Numbered from the stretch's first letter, positions 25,290 through 41,600 are shown. The stretch: DNA of 64,000 bases from Auanema rhodensis (GCA_964057225.1 CAXKVF010000079.1:496001-560000), one strand, 5' to 3'. Notes: generated by a model from the letters alone, not told the origin. A program made the numbers and translations.

Positions 25290-27400
25290 GAAATTTACGT
25301 GAACTTTAATTTATGCTAATTAAATGTACACGTGATGTGCACTTGGTATGTAACTCGCTTCACGTGAAAGATAAAGAGATGCGGTTTTCGAAATTAGATT
25401 CCCCATGTCCATATTAGTCTAAAAACAAATTTTTATTGATATTGGTTCATGGTAACCATGTCTTTGAAAATTACGTGAACTTTAATTTATGCTAATTAAA
25501 TGTACACGTGATGTGCACTTGGTATGTAACTCGCTTCACGTGAAAGATAAAGAGATGCGGTTTTCAAAATTAGATTCCACATGTCCATATTAGTCTAAAA
25601 ACAAATTTTTATTGATATTGGTGCATGGTAACCATGACTTTGAAATTTACGTGAACTTTAATTTATGCTAATTAAATGTACACGTGATGTGCACTTAGTA
25701 TGTAACTCGCTTCACGTGAAAGATAAAGAGATGTGGTTTTCAAAATTAGATTCCCCATGTCCATATTAGTCTAAAAACAAATTTTTATTGATATTGGTTC
25801 ATGGTAACCATGACTTTGAAATTTACGTGAACTTTAATTTATGCTAATTAAATGTACACGTGATGTGCACTTGGTATGTAACTCGCTTCACGTGAAAGAT
25901 AAAGAGATGCGGTTTTCAAAATTAGATTCCCCATGTCCATATTAGTCTAAAAACAAATTTTTATTGATATTGGTTCATGGTAACCATGACTTTGAAATTT
26001 ACGTGAACTTTAATTTATTCTAATTAAATGTACACGTGATGTGCACTTGGTATGTAACTCGCTTCACGTGAAAGATAAAGAGATGAGGTTTTCAAAATTA
26101 GATTCCCCATGTCCATATTAGTCTAAAAACAAATTTTTATTGATATTGGTTCATGGTAACCATGACTTTGAAATTTACGTGAACTTTAATTTATGCTAAT
26201 TAAATGTACACGTGATGTGCACTTGGTATGTAACTTGCTTCACGTGAAAGATAAAGAGATGCGGTTTTCAAAATTAGATTCCCCATGTCCATATTAGTCT
26301 AAAAACAAATTTTTATTGATATTGGTGCATGGTAACCATGACTTTGAAATTTACGTGAACTTTAATTTATGCTAATTAAATGTACACGTGATGTGCACTT
26401 GGTATGTAACTCGCTTCACGTGAAAGATAAAGAGATGCGGTTTTCAAAATTAGATTCCCCATGTCCATATTAGTCTAAAAACAAATTTTTATTGATATTG
26501 GTTCATGGTAACCATGACTTTGAAATTTACGTGAACTTTAATTTATGCTAATTAAATGTACACGTGATGTGCACTTGGTATGTAACTCGCTTCACGTGAA
26601 AGATAAAGAGATGCGGTTTTCAAAATTAGATTCCCCATGTCCATATTAGTCTAAAAACAAATTTTTATTGATATTGGTTCATGGTAACCATGTCTTTGAA
26701 AATTACGTGAACTTTAATTTATGCTAATTAAATGTACACGTGATGTGCACTTGGTATGTAACTCGCTTCACGTGAAAGATAAAGAGATGCGGTTTTCAAA
26801 ATTAGATTCCACATGTCCATATTAGTCTAAAAACAAATTTTTATTGATATTGGTGCATGGTAACCATGACTTTGAAATTTACGTGAACTTTAATTTATGC
26901 TAATTAAATGTACACGTGATGTGCACTTAGTATGTAACTCGCTTCACGTGAAAGATAAAGAGATGTGGTTTTCAAAATTAGATTCCCCATGTCCATATTA
27001 GTCTAAAAACAAATTTTTATTGATATTGGTTCATGGTAACCATGACTTTGAAATTTACGTGAACTTTAATTTATGCTAATTAAATGTACACGTGATGTGC
27101 ACTTGGTATGTAACTCGCTTCACGTGAAAGATAAAGAGATGCGGTTTTCAAAATTAGATTTCCCATGTCCATATTAGTCTAAAAACAAATTTTTATTGAT
27201 ATTGGTTCATGGTAACCATGACTTTGAAATTTACGTGAACTTTAATTTATTCTAATTAAATGTACACGTGATGTGCACTTGGTATGTAACTCGCTTCACG
27301 TGAAAGATAAAGAGATGAGGTTTTCAAAATTAGATTCCCCATGTCCATATTAGTCTAAAAACAAATTTTTATTGATATTGGTTCATGGTAACCATGACTT
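25290..27400. repeat. 7-monomer (1232-bp) tandem duplication
   Basis: A172T at 25461/26693, C114A at 25579/26811 and G56A at 25697/26929; all offsets are 1232. Boundaries are approximate. Confidence 0.88.
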
Positions 27401-27753
27401 TGAAATTTACGTGAACTTTAATTTATGCTAATTAAATGTACACGTGATGTGCACTTGGTATGTAACTCGCTTCACGTGAAAGATAAAGAGATGCGGTTTT
27501 CAAAATTAGATTCCCCATGTCCATATTAGTCTAAAAACAAATTTTTATTGATATTGGTTCATGGTAACCATGACTTTGAAATTTACGTGAACTTTAACTT
27601 ATGCTAATTAAATGTACACGTGATGTGCACTTGGTATGTAACTCGCTTCACGTGAAAGATAAAGAGATGCGGTTTTCAAAATTAGATTCCCCATGTCCAT
27701 ATTAGTCTAAAAACAAATTTTTATTGATATTGGTTCATGGTAACCATGACTTT

Positions 27754-29513
27754 GAAATTTACGTGAACTTTAATTTATGCTAATTAAATGTACACGTGAT
27801 GTGCACTTGGTATGTAACTTGCTTCACGTGAAAGATAAAGAGATGCGGTTTTCAAAATTAGATTCCCCATGTCCATATTAGTCTAAAAACAAATTTTTAT
27901 TGATATTGGTGCATGGTAACCATGACTTTGAAATTTACGTGAACTTTAATTTATGCTAATTAAATGTACACGTGATGGGCACTTGGTATGTAACTCGCTT
28001 CACGTGAAAGATAAAGAGATGCGGTTTTCAAAATTAGATTCCCCATGTCCATATTAGTCTAAAAACAAATTTTTATTGATATTGGTTCATGGTAACCATG
28101 ACTTTGAAATTTACGTGAACTTTAATTTATGCTAATTAAATGTACACGTGATGTGCACTTGGTATGTAACTCGCTTCACGTGAAAGATAAAGAGATGCGG
28201 TTTTCAAAATTAGATTCCCCATGTCCATATTAGTCTAAAAACAAATTTTTATTGATATTGGTTCATGGTAACCATGACTTTGAAATTTACGTGAACTTTA
28301 ACTTATGCTAATTGAATGTACACGTGATGTGCACTTGGTATGTAACTCGCTTCACGTGAAAGATAAAGAGATGCGGTTTTCAAAATTAGATTCCCCATGT
28401 CCATATTAGTCTAAAAACAAATTTTTATTGATATTGGTGCATGGTAACCATGACTTTGAAATTTACGTGAACTTTAATTTATGCTAATTAAATGTACACG
28501 TTATGTGCACTTGGTATGTAACTCGCTTCACTTGAAAGATAAAGAGATGCGGTTTTCAAAATTAGATTCCCCATGTTCATATTAGTCTAAAAACAAATTT
28601 TTATTGATATTGGTTCATGGTAACCATGACTTTGAAATTTACGTGAACTTTAATTTATGCTAATTAAATGTACACGTGATGTGCACTTGGTATGTAACTT
28701 GCTTCACGTGAAAGATAAAGAGATGCGGTTTTCAAAATTAGATTCCCCATGTCCATATTAGTCTAAAAACAAATTTTTATTGATATTGGTGCATGGTAAC
28801 CATGACTTTGAAATTTACGTGAACTTTAATTTATGCTAATTAAATGTACACGTGATGGGCACTTGGTATGTAACTCGCTTCACGTGAAAGATAAAGAGAT
28901 GCGGTTTTCAAAATTAGATTCCCCATGTCCATATTAGTCTAAAAACAAATTTTTATTGATATTGGTTCATGGTAACCATGACTTTGAAATTTACGTGAAC
29001 TTTAATTTATGCTAATTAAATGTACACGTGATGTGCACTTGGTATGTAACTCGCTTCACGTGAAAGATAAAGAGATGCGGTTTTCAAAATTAGATTCCCC
29101 ATGTCCATATTAGTCTAAAAACAAATTTTTATTGATATTGGTTCATGGTAACCATGACTTTGAAATTTACGTGAACTTTAACTTATGCTAATTGAATGTA
29201 CACGTGATGTGCACTTGGTATGTAACTCGCTTCACGTGAAAGATAAAGAGATGCGGTTTTCAAAATTAGATTCCCCATGTCCATATTAGTCTAAAAACAA
29301 ATTTTTATTGATATTGGTGCATGGTAACCATGACTTTGAAATTTACGTGAACTTTAATTTATGCTAATTAAATGTACACGTTATGTGCACTTGGTATGTA
29401 ACTCGCTTCACTTGAAAGATAAAGAGATGCGGTTTTCAAAATTAGATTCCCCATGTTCATATTAGTCTAAAAACAAATTTTTATTGATATTGGTTCATGG
29501 TAACCATGACTTT
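27754..29513. repeat. 5-monomer (880-bp) tandem duplication
   Basis: C67T at 27820/28700 and T49G at 27978/28858. T21C+A33G and G45T+G75T monomers also repeat at offset 880. Confidence 0.92.
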
Positions 29514-32500
29514 GAAATTTACGTGAACTTTAATTTATGCTAATTAAATGTACACGTGATGTGCACTTGGTATGTAACTCGCTTCACGTGAAAGATAAAG
29601 AGATGCGGTTTTCAAAATTAGATTCTCCATGTCCATATTAGTCTAAAAACAAATTTTTATTGATATTGGTTCATGGTAACCATGACTTTGAAATTTACGT
29701 GAACTTTAATTTATGCTAATTAAATGTACACGTGATGTGCACTTGGTATGTAACTCGCTTCACGTGAAAGATAAAGAGATTCGGTTTTCAAAATTAGATT
29801 CCCCATGTCCATATTAGTGTAAAAACAAATTTTTATTGATATTGGTTCATGGTAACCATGACTTTGAAATTTACGTGAACTTTAATTTATGCTAATTAAA
29901 TGTACACGTGATGTGCACTTGGTATGTAACTCGCTTCACGTGAAAGATAAAGAGATGCGGTTTTCAAAATTAGATTCCCCATGTCCATATTAGTCTAAAA
30001 ACAAATTTTTATTGATATTGGTTCATGGTAACCATGACTTTGAAATTTACGTGAACTTTAATTTATGCTAATTAAATGTACACGTTATGTGCACTTGGTA
30101 TGTAACTCGCTTCACGTGAAAGATAAAGAGATGCGGTTTTCAAAATTAGATTCCTCATGTCCATATTAGTCTAAAAACAAATTTTTATTGATATTGGTTC
30201 ATGGTAACCATGACTTTGAAATTTACGTGAACTTTAATTTATGCTAATTAAATATACACGTGATGTGCACTTGGTATGTAACTCGCTTCACGTGAAAGAT
30301 AAAGAGATGCGGTTTTCAAAATTAGATTCCCCATGTCCATATTAGTCTAAAAACAAATTTTTATTGATATTGGTGCATGGTAACCATGACTTTGAAATTT
30401 ACGTGAACTTTAATTTATGCTAATTAAATGTACACGTGATGTGCACTTGGTATGTAACTCGCTTCACGTGAAAGATAAAGAGATGCGGTTTTCAAAATTA
30501 GATTCCCCATGTCCATATTAGTCTAAAAACAAATTTTTATTGATATTGGTTCATGGTAACCATGACTTTGAAATTTACGTGAACTTTAATTTATGCTAAT
30601 TAAATGTACACGTGATGTGCACTTGGTATGTAACTCGCTTCACGTGAAAGATAAAGAGATGCGGTTTTCAAAATTAGATTCCCCATGTCCATATTAGTCT
30701 AAAAACAAATTTTTATTGATATTGGTGCATGGTAACCATGACTTTGAAATTTACGTGAACTTTAATTTATGCTAATTAAATGTACACGTGATGTGCACTT
30801 GGTATGTAACTCGCTTCACGTGAAAGATAAAGAGATGCGGTTTTCAAAATTAGATTCCCCATGTCCATATTAGTCTAAAAACAAATTTTTATTGATATTG
30901 GTGCATGGTAACCATGACTTTGAAATTTACGTGAACTTTAATTTATGCTAATTAAATGTACACGTGATGTGCACTTGGTATGTAACTCGCTTCACGTGAA
31001 AGATAAAGAGATGCGGTTTTCCAAATTAGATTCCCCATGTCCATATTAGTCTAAAAACAAATTTTTATTGATATTGGTGCATGGTAACCATGACTTTGAA
31101 ATTTACGTGAACTTTAATTTATGCTAATTAAATGTACACGTGATGTGCACTTGGTATGTAACTCGCTTCACGTGAAAGATAAAGAGATGCGGTTTTCAAA
31201 ATTAGATTCCCCATGTCCATATTAGTCTAAAAACAAATTTTTATTGATATTGGTTCATGGTAACCATGACTTTGAAATTTGCGTGAACTTTAATTTATGC
31301 TATTTAAATGTACACGTGATGTGCACTTGGTATGTAACTCGCTTCACGTGAAAGATAAAGAGATGCGGTTTTCAAAATTAGATTCCCCATGTCCATATTA
31401 GTCTAAAAACAAATTTTTATTGATATTGGTGCATGGTAACCATGACTTTGAAATTTACGTGAACTTTAATTTATGCTAATTAAATATACACGTGATGTGC
31501 ACTTGGTATGTAACTCGCTTCACGTGAAAGATAAAGAGATGCGGTTTTCAAAATTAGATTCCCCATGTCCATATTAGTCTAAAAACAAATTTTTATTGAT
31601 ATTGGTGCATGGTAACCATGACTTTGAAATTTACGTGAACTTTAATTTATGCTAATTAAATGTACACGTGATGTGCACTTGGTATGTAACTCGCTTCACG
31701 TGAAAGATAAAGAGATGCGGTTTTCAAAATTAGATTCCCCATGTCCATATTAGTCTAAAAACAAATTTTTATTGATATTGGTTCATGGTAACCATGACTT
31801 TGAAATTTACGTGAACTTTAATTTATGCTAATTAAATGTACACGTGATGTGCACTTGGTATGTAACTCGCTTCACGTGAAAGATAAAGAGATGCGGTTTT
31901 CAAAATTAGATTCCCCATGTCCATATTAGTCTAAAAACAAATTTTTATTGATATTGGTTCATGGTAACCATGACTTTGAAATTTACGTGAACTTTAATTT
32001 ATGCTAATTAAATGTACACGTGATGTGCACTTGGTATGTAACTCGCTTCACGTGAAAGATAAAGAGATGCGGTTTTCAAAATTAGATTCCCCATGTCCAT
32101 ATTAGTCTAAAAACAAATTTTTATTGATATTGGTTCATGGTAACCATGACTTTGAAATTTACGTGAACTTTAACTTATGCTAATTAAATGTACACGTGAT
32201 GTGCACTTGGTATGTAACTCGCTTCACGTGAAAGATAAAGAGATGCGGTTTTCAAAATTAGATTCCCCATGTTCATATTAGTCTAAAAACAAATTTTTAT
32301 TGATATTGGTTCATGGTAACCATGACTTTGAAATTTGCGTGAACTTTAATTTATGCTATTTAAATGTACACGTGATGTGCACTTGGTATGTAACTCGCTT
32401 CACGTGAAAGATAAAGAGATGCGGTTTTCAAAATTAGATTCCCCATGTTCATATTAGTCTAAAAACAAATTTTTATTGATATTGGTTCATGGTAACCATG

Positions 32501-35500
32501 ACTTTGAAATTTACGTGAACTTTAATTTATGCTAATTAAATATACACGTGATGTGCACTTGGTATGTAACTCGCTTCACGTGAAAGATAAAGAGATGCGG
32601 TTTTCAAAATTAGATTCCCCATGTCCATATTAGTCTAAAAACAAATTTTTATTGATATTGGTGCATGGTAACCATGACTTTGAAATTTACGTGAACTTTA
32701 ATTTATGCTAATTAAATGTACACGTGATGTGCACTTGGTATGTAACTCGCTTCACGTGAAAGATAAAGAGATGCGGTTTTCAAAATTAGATTCCCCATGT
32801 CCATATTAGTCTAAAAACAAATTTTTATTGATATTGGTTCATGGTAACCATGACTTTGAAATTTACGTGAACTTTAATTTATGCTAATTAAATGTACACG
32901 TGATGTGCACTTGGTATGTAACTCGCTTCACGTGAAAGATAAAGAGATGCGGTTTTCAAAATTAGATTCCCCATGTCCATATTAGTCTAAAAACAAATTT
33001 TTATTGATATTGGTTCATGGTAACCATGACTTTGAAATTTACGTGAACTTTAACTTATGCTAATTAAATGTACACGTGATGTGCACTTGGTATGTAACTC
33101 GCTTCACGTGAAAGATAAAGAGATGCGGTTTTCAAAATTAGATTCCCCATGTCCATATTAGTCTAAAAACAAATTTTCATTGATATTGGTGCATGGTAAC
33201 CATGACTTTGAAATTTACGTGAACTTTAATTTATGCTAATTAAATGTACACGTGATGTGCACTTGGTATGTAACTCGCTTCACGTGAAAGATAAAGAGAT
33301 GCGGTTTTCAAAATTAGATTCCCCATGTCCATATTAGTCTAAAAATAAATTTTTATTGATATTGGTGCATGGTAACCATGACTTTGAAATTTACGTGAAC
33401 TTTAATTTATGCTAATTAAATGTACACGTGATGTGCACTTGGTATGTAACTCGCTTCACGTGAAAGATAAAGAGATGCGGTTTTCAAAATTAGATTCCCC
33501 ATGTCCATATTAGTCTAAAAACAAATTTTTATTGATATTGGTGCATGGTAACCATGACTTTGAAATTTACGTGAACTTTAATTTATGCTAATTAAATGTA
33601 CACGTGATGTGCACTTGGTATGTAACTCGCTTCACGTGAAAGATAAAGAGATGCGGTTTTCAAAATTAGATTCCCCATGTCCATATTAGTCTAAAAACAA
33701 ATTTTTATTGATATTGGTGCATGGTAATCATGACTTTGAAATTTACGTGAACTTTAATTTATGCTAATTAAATGTACACGTGATGTGCACTTGGTATGTA
33801 ACTCGCTTCACGTGAAAGATAAAGAGATGCGGTTTTCAAAATTAGATTCCCCATGTCCATATTAGTCTAAAAACAAATTTTTATTGATATTGGTGCATGG
33901 TAACCATGACTTTGAAATTTACGTGAACTTTAATTTATGCTAATTAAATGTACACGTGATGTGCACTTGGTATGTAACTCGCTTCACGTGAAAGATAAAG
34001 AGATGCGGTTTTCAAAATTAGATTCCCCATGTCCATATTAGTCTAAAAACAAATTTTTATTGATATTGGTTCATGGTAACCATGACTTTGAAATTTACGT
34101 GAACTTTAATTTATGCTAATTAAATGTACACGTGATGTGCACATGGTATGTAACTCGCTTCACGTGAAAGATAAAGAGATGCGGTTTTCAAAATTAGATT
34201 CCCCATGTCCATATTAGTCTAAAAACAAATTTTTATTGATATTGGTGCATGGTAACCATGACTTTGAAATTTACGTGAACTTTAATTTATGCTAATTAAA
34301 TGTACACGTGATGTGCACTTGGTATGTAACTCGCTTCACGTGAAAGATAAAGAGATGCGGTTTTCAAAATTAGATTCCCCATGTCCATATTAGTCTAAAA
34401 CAAATTTTTATTGATATTGGTGCATGGTAACCATGACTTTGAAATTTACGTGAACTTTAATTTATGCTAATTAAATGTACACGTGATGTGCACTTGGTAT
34501 GTAACTCGCTTCACGTGAAAGATAAAGAGATGCGGTTTTCAAAATTAGATTCCCCATGTCCATATTAGTCTAAAAACAAATTTTTATTGATATTGGTTCA
34601 TGGTAACCATGACTTTGAAATTTACGTGAACTTTAATTTATGCTAATTAAATGTACACGTGATGTGCACTTGGTATGTAACTCGCTTCACGTGAAAGATA
34701 AAGAGATGCGGTTTTCAAAATTAGATTCCCCATGTCCATATTAGTCTAAAAACAAATTTTTATTGATATTGGTTCATGGTAACCATGATTTTGAAATTTA
34801 CGTGAACTTTAATTTATGCTAATTAAATGTACACGTGATGTGCACTTGGTATGTAACTCGCTTCACGTGAAAGATAAAGAAATGCGGTTTTCAAAATTAG
34901 ATTCCCCATGTCCATATTAGTCTAAAAACAAATTTTTATTGATATTGGTGCATGGTAACCATGACTTTGAAATTTACGTGAACTTTAATTTATGCTAATT
35001 AAATGTACACGTGATGTGCACTTGGTATGTAACTCGCTTCACGTGAAAGATAAAGAGATGCGGTTTTCAAAATTAGATTCCCCATGTTCATATTAGTCTA
35101 AAAACAAATTTTTATTGATATTGGTTCATGGTAACCATGACTTTGAAATTTACGTGAACTTTAATTTATGCTAATTAAATGTACACGTGATGTGCACTTG
35201 GTATGTAACTCGCTTCACGTGAAAGATAAAGAGATGCGGTTTTCAAAATTAGATTCCCCATGTCCATATTAGTCTAAAAACAAATTTTTATTGATATTGG
35301 TGCATGGTAACCATGACTTTGAAATTTACGTGAACTTTAATTTATGCTAATTAAATGTACACGTGATGTGCACTTGGTATGTAACTCGCTTCACGTGAAA
35401 GATAAAGAGATGCGGTTTTCAAAATTAGATTCCCCATGTTCATATTAGTCTAAAAACAAATTTTTATTGATATTGGTTCATGGTAACCATGACTTTGAAA

Positions 35501-35672
35501 TTTACGTGAACTTTAATTTATGCTATTTAAATGTACACGTGATGTGCACTTGGTATGTAACTCGCTTCACGTGAAAGATGAAGAGATGCGGTTTTCAAAA
35601 TTAGATTCCCCATGTCCATATTAGTCTAAAAACAAATTTTTATTGATATTAATTCATGATAACCATGATTTT

Positions 35673-38600
35673 GAAATTTACGTGAACTTTAATTTATGAA
35701 ATATGAAAACAAATTTTTATTGATATTAATTCATGTAACTCGCTTCACGTGAAAGATAAAGAGATGCGGTTTTCAAAATTAGATTCCCCATGTCCATATT
35801 AGTCTAAAAACAAATTTTTATTGATATTGGTGCATGGTAACCATGACTTTGAAATTTACGTGAACTTTAATTTATGCTAATTAAATGTACACGTGATGTG
35901 CACTTGGTATGTAACTCGCTTCACGTGAAAGATAAAGAGATGCGGTTTTCAAAGTTAGATTCCCCATGTTCATATTAGTCTAAAAACAAATTTTTATTGA
36001 TATTGGTTCATGGTAACCATGACTTTGAAATTTACGTGTACTTTAATTTATGCTAATTAAATGTACACGTGATGTGCACTTGGTATGTAACTCGCTTCAC
36101 GTGAAAGATAAAGAGATGCGGTTTTCAAAATTAGATTCCCCATGTTCATATTAGTCTAAAAACAAATTTTTATTGATATTGGTTCATGGTAACCATGACT
36201 TTGAAATTTACGTGAACTTTAATTTATTCTATTTAAATGTACACGTGATGTGCACTTGGTATGTAACTCGCTTCACGTGAAAGATGAAGAGATGCGGTTT
36301 TCAAAATTAGATTCCCCATGTCCATATTAGTCTAAAAACAAATTTTTATTGATATTAATTCATGATAACCATGATTTTGAAATTTACGTGAACTTTAATT
36401 TATGAAATATGAAAACAAATTTTTATTGATATTAATTCATGTAACTCGCTTCACGTGAAAGATAAAGAGATGCGGTTTTCAAAATTAGATTCCCCATGTC
36501 CATATTAGTCTAAAAACAAATTTTTATTGATATTGGTGCATGGTAACCATGACTTTGAAATTTACGTGAACTTTAATTTATGCTAATTAAATGTACACGT
36601 GATGTGCACTTGGTATGTAACTCGCTTCACGTGAAAGATAAAGAGATGCGGTTTTCAAAATTAGATTCCCCATGTTCATATTAGTCTAAAAACAAATTTT
36701 TATTGATATTGGTTCATGGTAACCATGACTTTGAAATTTACGTGAACTTTAATTTATGCTAATTAAATGTACACGTGATGTGCACTTGGTATGTAACTCG
36801 CTTCACGTGAAAGATAAAGAGATGCGGTTTTCAAAATTAGATTCCCCATGTTCATATTAGTCTAAAAACAAATTTTTATTGATATTGGTGCATGGTAACC
36901 ATGACTTTGAAATTTACGTGAACTTTAATTTATGCTAATTAAATGTACACGTGATGTGCACTTGGTATGTAACTCGCTTCACGTGAAAGATAAAGAGATG
37001 CGGTTTTCAAAATTAGATTCCCCATGTTCATATTAGTCTAAAAACAAATTTTTATTGATATTGGTTCATGGTAACCATGACTTTGAAATTTACGTGAACT
37101 TTAATTTATGCTAATTAAATGTACACGTGATGTGCACTTGGTATGTAACTCGCTTCACGTGAAAGATAAAGAGATGCGGTTTTCAAAATTAGATTCCCCA
37201 TGTCCATATTAGTCTAAAAACAAATTTTTATTGATATTGGTGCATGGTAACCATGACTTTGAAATTTACGTGAACTTTAATTTATGCTAATTAAATGTAC
37301 ACGTGATGTGCACTTGGTATGTAACTCGCTTCACGTGAAAGATAAAGAGATGCGGTTTTCAAAATTAGATTCCCCATGTTCATATTAGTCTAAAAACAAA
37401 TTTTTATTGATATTGGTTCATGGTAACCATGACTTTGAAATTTACGTGAACTTTAATTTATGCTATTTAAATGTACACGTGATGTGCACTTGGTATGTAA
37501 CTCGCTTCACGTGAAAGATGAAGAGATGCGGTTTTCAAAATTAGATTCCCCATGTCCATATTAGTCTAAAAACAAATTTTTATTGATATTAATTCATGAT
37601 AACCATGATTTTGAAATTTACGTGAACTTTAATTTATGAAATATGAAAACAAATTTTTATTGATATTAATTCATGTAACTCGCTTCACGTGAAAGATAAA
37701 GAGATGCGGTTTTCAAAATTAGATTCCCCATGTCCATATTAGTCTAAAAACAAATTTTTATTGATATTGGTGCATGGTAACCATGACTTTGAAATTTACG
37801 TGAACTTTAATTTATGCTAATTAAATGTACACGTGATGTGCACTTGGTATGTAACTCGCTTCACGTGAAAGATAAAGAGATGCGGTTTTCAAAGTTAGAT
37901 TCCCCATGTTCATATTAGTCTAAAAACAAATTTTTATTGATATTGGTTCATGGTAACCATGACTTTGAAATTTACGTGTACTTTAATTTATGCTAATTAA
38001 ATGTACACGTGATGTGCACTTGGTATGTAACTCGCTTCACGTGAAAGATAAAGAGATGCGGTTTTCAAAATTAGATTCCCCATGTTCATATTAGTCTAAA
38101 AACAAATTTTTATTGATATTGGTTCATGGTAACCATGACTTTGAAATTTACGTGAACTTTAATTTATTCTATTTAAATGTACACGTGATGTGCACTTGGT
38201 ATGTAACTCGCTTCACGTGAAAGATGAAGAGATGCGGTTTTCAAAATTAGATTCCCCATGTCCATATTAGTCTAAAAACAAATTTTTATTGATATTAATT
38301 CATGATAACCATGATTTTGAAATTTACGTGAACTTTAATTTATGAAATATGAAAACAAATTTTTATTGATATTAATTCATGTAACTCGCTTCACGTGAAA
38401 GATAAAGAGATGCGGTTTTCAAAATTAGATTCCCCATGTCCATATTAGTCTAAAAACAAATTTTTATTGATATTGGTGCATGGTAACCATGACTTTGAAA
38501 TTTACGTGAACTTTAATTTATGCTAATTAAATGTACACGTGATGTGCACTTGGTATGTAACTCGCTTCACGTGAAAGATAAAGAGATGCGGTTTTCAAAA

Positions 38601-41600
38601 TTAGATTCCCCATGTTCATATTAGTCTAAAAACAAATTTTTATTGATATTGGTTCATGGTAACCATGACTTTGAAATTTACGTGAACTTTAATTTATGCT
38701 AATTAAATGTACACGTGATGTGCACTTGGTATGTAACTCGCTTCACGTGAAAGATAAAGAGATGCGGTTTTCAAAATTAGATTCCCCATGTTCATATTAG
38801 TCTAAAAACAAATTTTTATTGATATTGGTTCATGGTAACCATGACTTTGAAATTTACGTGAACTTTAATTTATGCTAATTAAATGTACACGTGATGTGCA
38901 CTTGGTATGTAACTCGCTTCACGTGAAAGATAAAGAGATGCGGTTTTCAAAATTAGATTCCCCATGTCCATATTAGTCTAAAAACAAATTTTTATTGATA
39001 TTGGTGCATGGTAACCATGACTTTGAAATTTACGTGAACTTTAATTTATGCTAATTAAATGTACACGTGATGTGCACTTGGTATGTAACTCGCTTCACGT
39101 GAAAGATAAAGAGATGCGGTTTTCAAAATTAGATTCCCCATGTTCATATTAGTCTAAAAACAAATTTTTATTGATATTGGTTCATGGTAACCATGACTTT
39201 GAAATTTACGTGAACTTTAATTTATGCTAATTAAATGTACACGTGATGTGCACTTGGTATGTAACTCGCTTCACGTGAAAGATAAAGAGATGCGGTTTTC
39301 AAAATTAGATTCCCCATGTTCATATTAGTCTAAAAACAAATTTTTATTGATATTGGTTCATGGTAACCATGACTTTGAAATTTACGTGAACTTTAATTTA
39401 TGCTAATTAAATGTACACGTGATGTGCACTTGGTATGTAACTCGCTGCACGTGAAAGATAAAGAGATGCGGTTTTCAAAATTAGATTCCCCATGTCCATA
39501 TTAGTCTAAAAACAAATTTTTATTGATATTAATTCATGATAACCATGATTTTGAAATTTACGTGAACTTTAATTTATGAAATATGAAAACAAATTTTTAT
39601 TGATATTAATTCATGTAACTCGCTTCACGTGAAAGATAAAGAGATGCGGTTTTCAAAATTAGATTCCCCATGTCCATATTAGTCTAAAAACAAATTTTTA
39701 TTGATATTGGTGCATGGTAACCATGACTTTGAAATTTACGTGAACTTTAATTTATGCTAATTAAATGTACACGTGATGTGCACTTGGTATGTAACTCGCT
39801 TCACGTGAAAGATAAAGAGATGCGGTTTTCAAAATTAGATTCCCCATGTTCATATTAGTCTAAAAACAAATTTTTATTGATATTGGTTCATGGTAACCAT
39901 GACTTTGAAATTTACGTGAACTTTAATTTATGCTAATTAAATGTACACGTGATGTGCACTTGGTATGTAACTCGCTTCAAGTGAAAGATAAAGAGATGCG
40001 GTTTTCAAAATTAGATTCCCCATGTTCATATTAGTCTAAAAACAAATTTTTATTGATATTGGTTCATGGTAACCATGACTTTGAAATTTATGTGAACTTT
40101 AATTTATGCTATTTAAATGTACACGTGATGTGCACTTGGTATGTAACTCGCTTCACGTGAAAGATGAAGAGATGCGGTTTTCAAAATTAGATTCCCCATG
40201 TCCATATTAGTCTAAAAACAAATTTTTATTGATATTAATTCATGATAACCATGATTTTGAAATTTACGTGAACTTTAATTTATGAAATATGAAAACAAAT
40301 TTTTATTGATATTAATTCATGTAACTCGCTTCACGTGAAAGATAAAGAGATGCGGTTTTCAAAATTAGATTCCCCATGTCCATATTAGTCTAAAAACAAA
40401 TTTTTATTGATATTGGTGCATGGTAACCATGACTTTGAAATTTACGTGAACTTTAATTTATGCTAATTAAATGTACACGTGATGTGCACTTGGTATGTAA
40501 CTCGCTTCACGTGAAAGATAAAGAGATGCGGTTTTCAAAATTAGATTCCCCATGTTCATATTAGTCTAAAAACAAATTTTTATTGATATTGGTTCATGGT
40601 AACCATGACTTTGAAATTTACGTGAACTTTAATTTATGCTAATTAAATGTACACGTGATGTGCACTTGGTATGTAACTCGCTTCACGTGAAAGATAAAGA
40701 GATGCGGTTTTCAAAATTAGATTCCCCATGTTCATATTAGTCTAAAAACAAATTTTTATTGATATTGGTTCATGGTAACCATGACTTTGAAATTTACGTG
40801 AACTTTAATTTATGCTAATTAAATGTACACGTGATGTGCACTTGGTATGTAACTCGCTTCACGTGAAAGATAAAGAGATGCGGTTTTCAAAATTAGATTC
40901 CCCATGTCCATATTAGTCTAAAAACAAATTTTTATTGATATTGGTGCATGGTAACCATGACTTTGAAATTTACGTGAACTTTAATTTATGCTAATTAAAT
41001 GTACACGTGATGTGCACTTGGTATGTAACTCGCTTCACGTGAAAGATAAAGAGATGCGGTTTTCAAAATTAGATTCCCCATGTTCATATTAGTCTAAAAA
41101 CAAATTTTTATTGATATTGGTTCATGGTAACCATGACTTTGAAATTTACGTGAACTTTAATTTATGCTAATTAAATGTACACGTGATGTGCACTTGGTAT
41201 GTAACTCGCTTCACGTGAAAGATAAAGAGATGCGGTTTTCAAAATTAGATTCCCCATGTCCATATTAGTCTAAAAACAAATTTTTATTGATATTGGTGCA
41301 TGGTAACCATGACTTTGAAATTTACGTGAACTTTAATTTATGCTAATTAAATGTACACGTGATGTGCACTTGGTATGTAACTCGCTTCACGTGAAAGATA
41401 AAGAGATGCGGTTTTCAAAATTAGATTCCCCATGTCCATATTAGTCTAAAAACAAATTTTTATTGATATTGGTGCATGGTAACCATGACTTTGAAATTTA
41501 CGTGAACTTTAATTTATGCTAATTAAATGTACACGTGATGTGCACTTGGTATGTAACTCGCTTCACGTGAAAGATAAAGAGATGCGGTTTTCAAAATTAG

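Noticed and set aside
7294-34440. 175-bp monomers (A5->A4 at 132-136) as homopolymer sequencing errors
   Set aside because: The nine copies (7294, 7821, 12198, 17017, 19658, 20361, 23178, 23705, 34266) fall largely at paralogous positions in duplicated blocks, so they behave as inherited variants. They are otherwise unremarkable.
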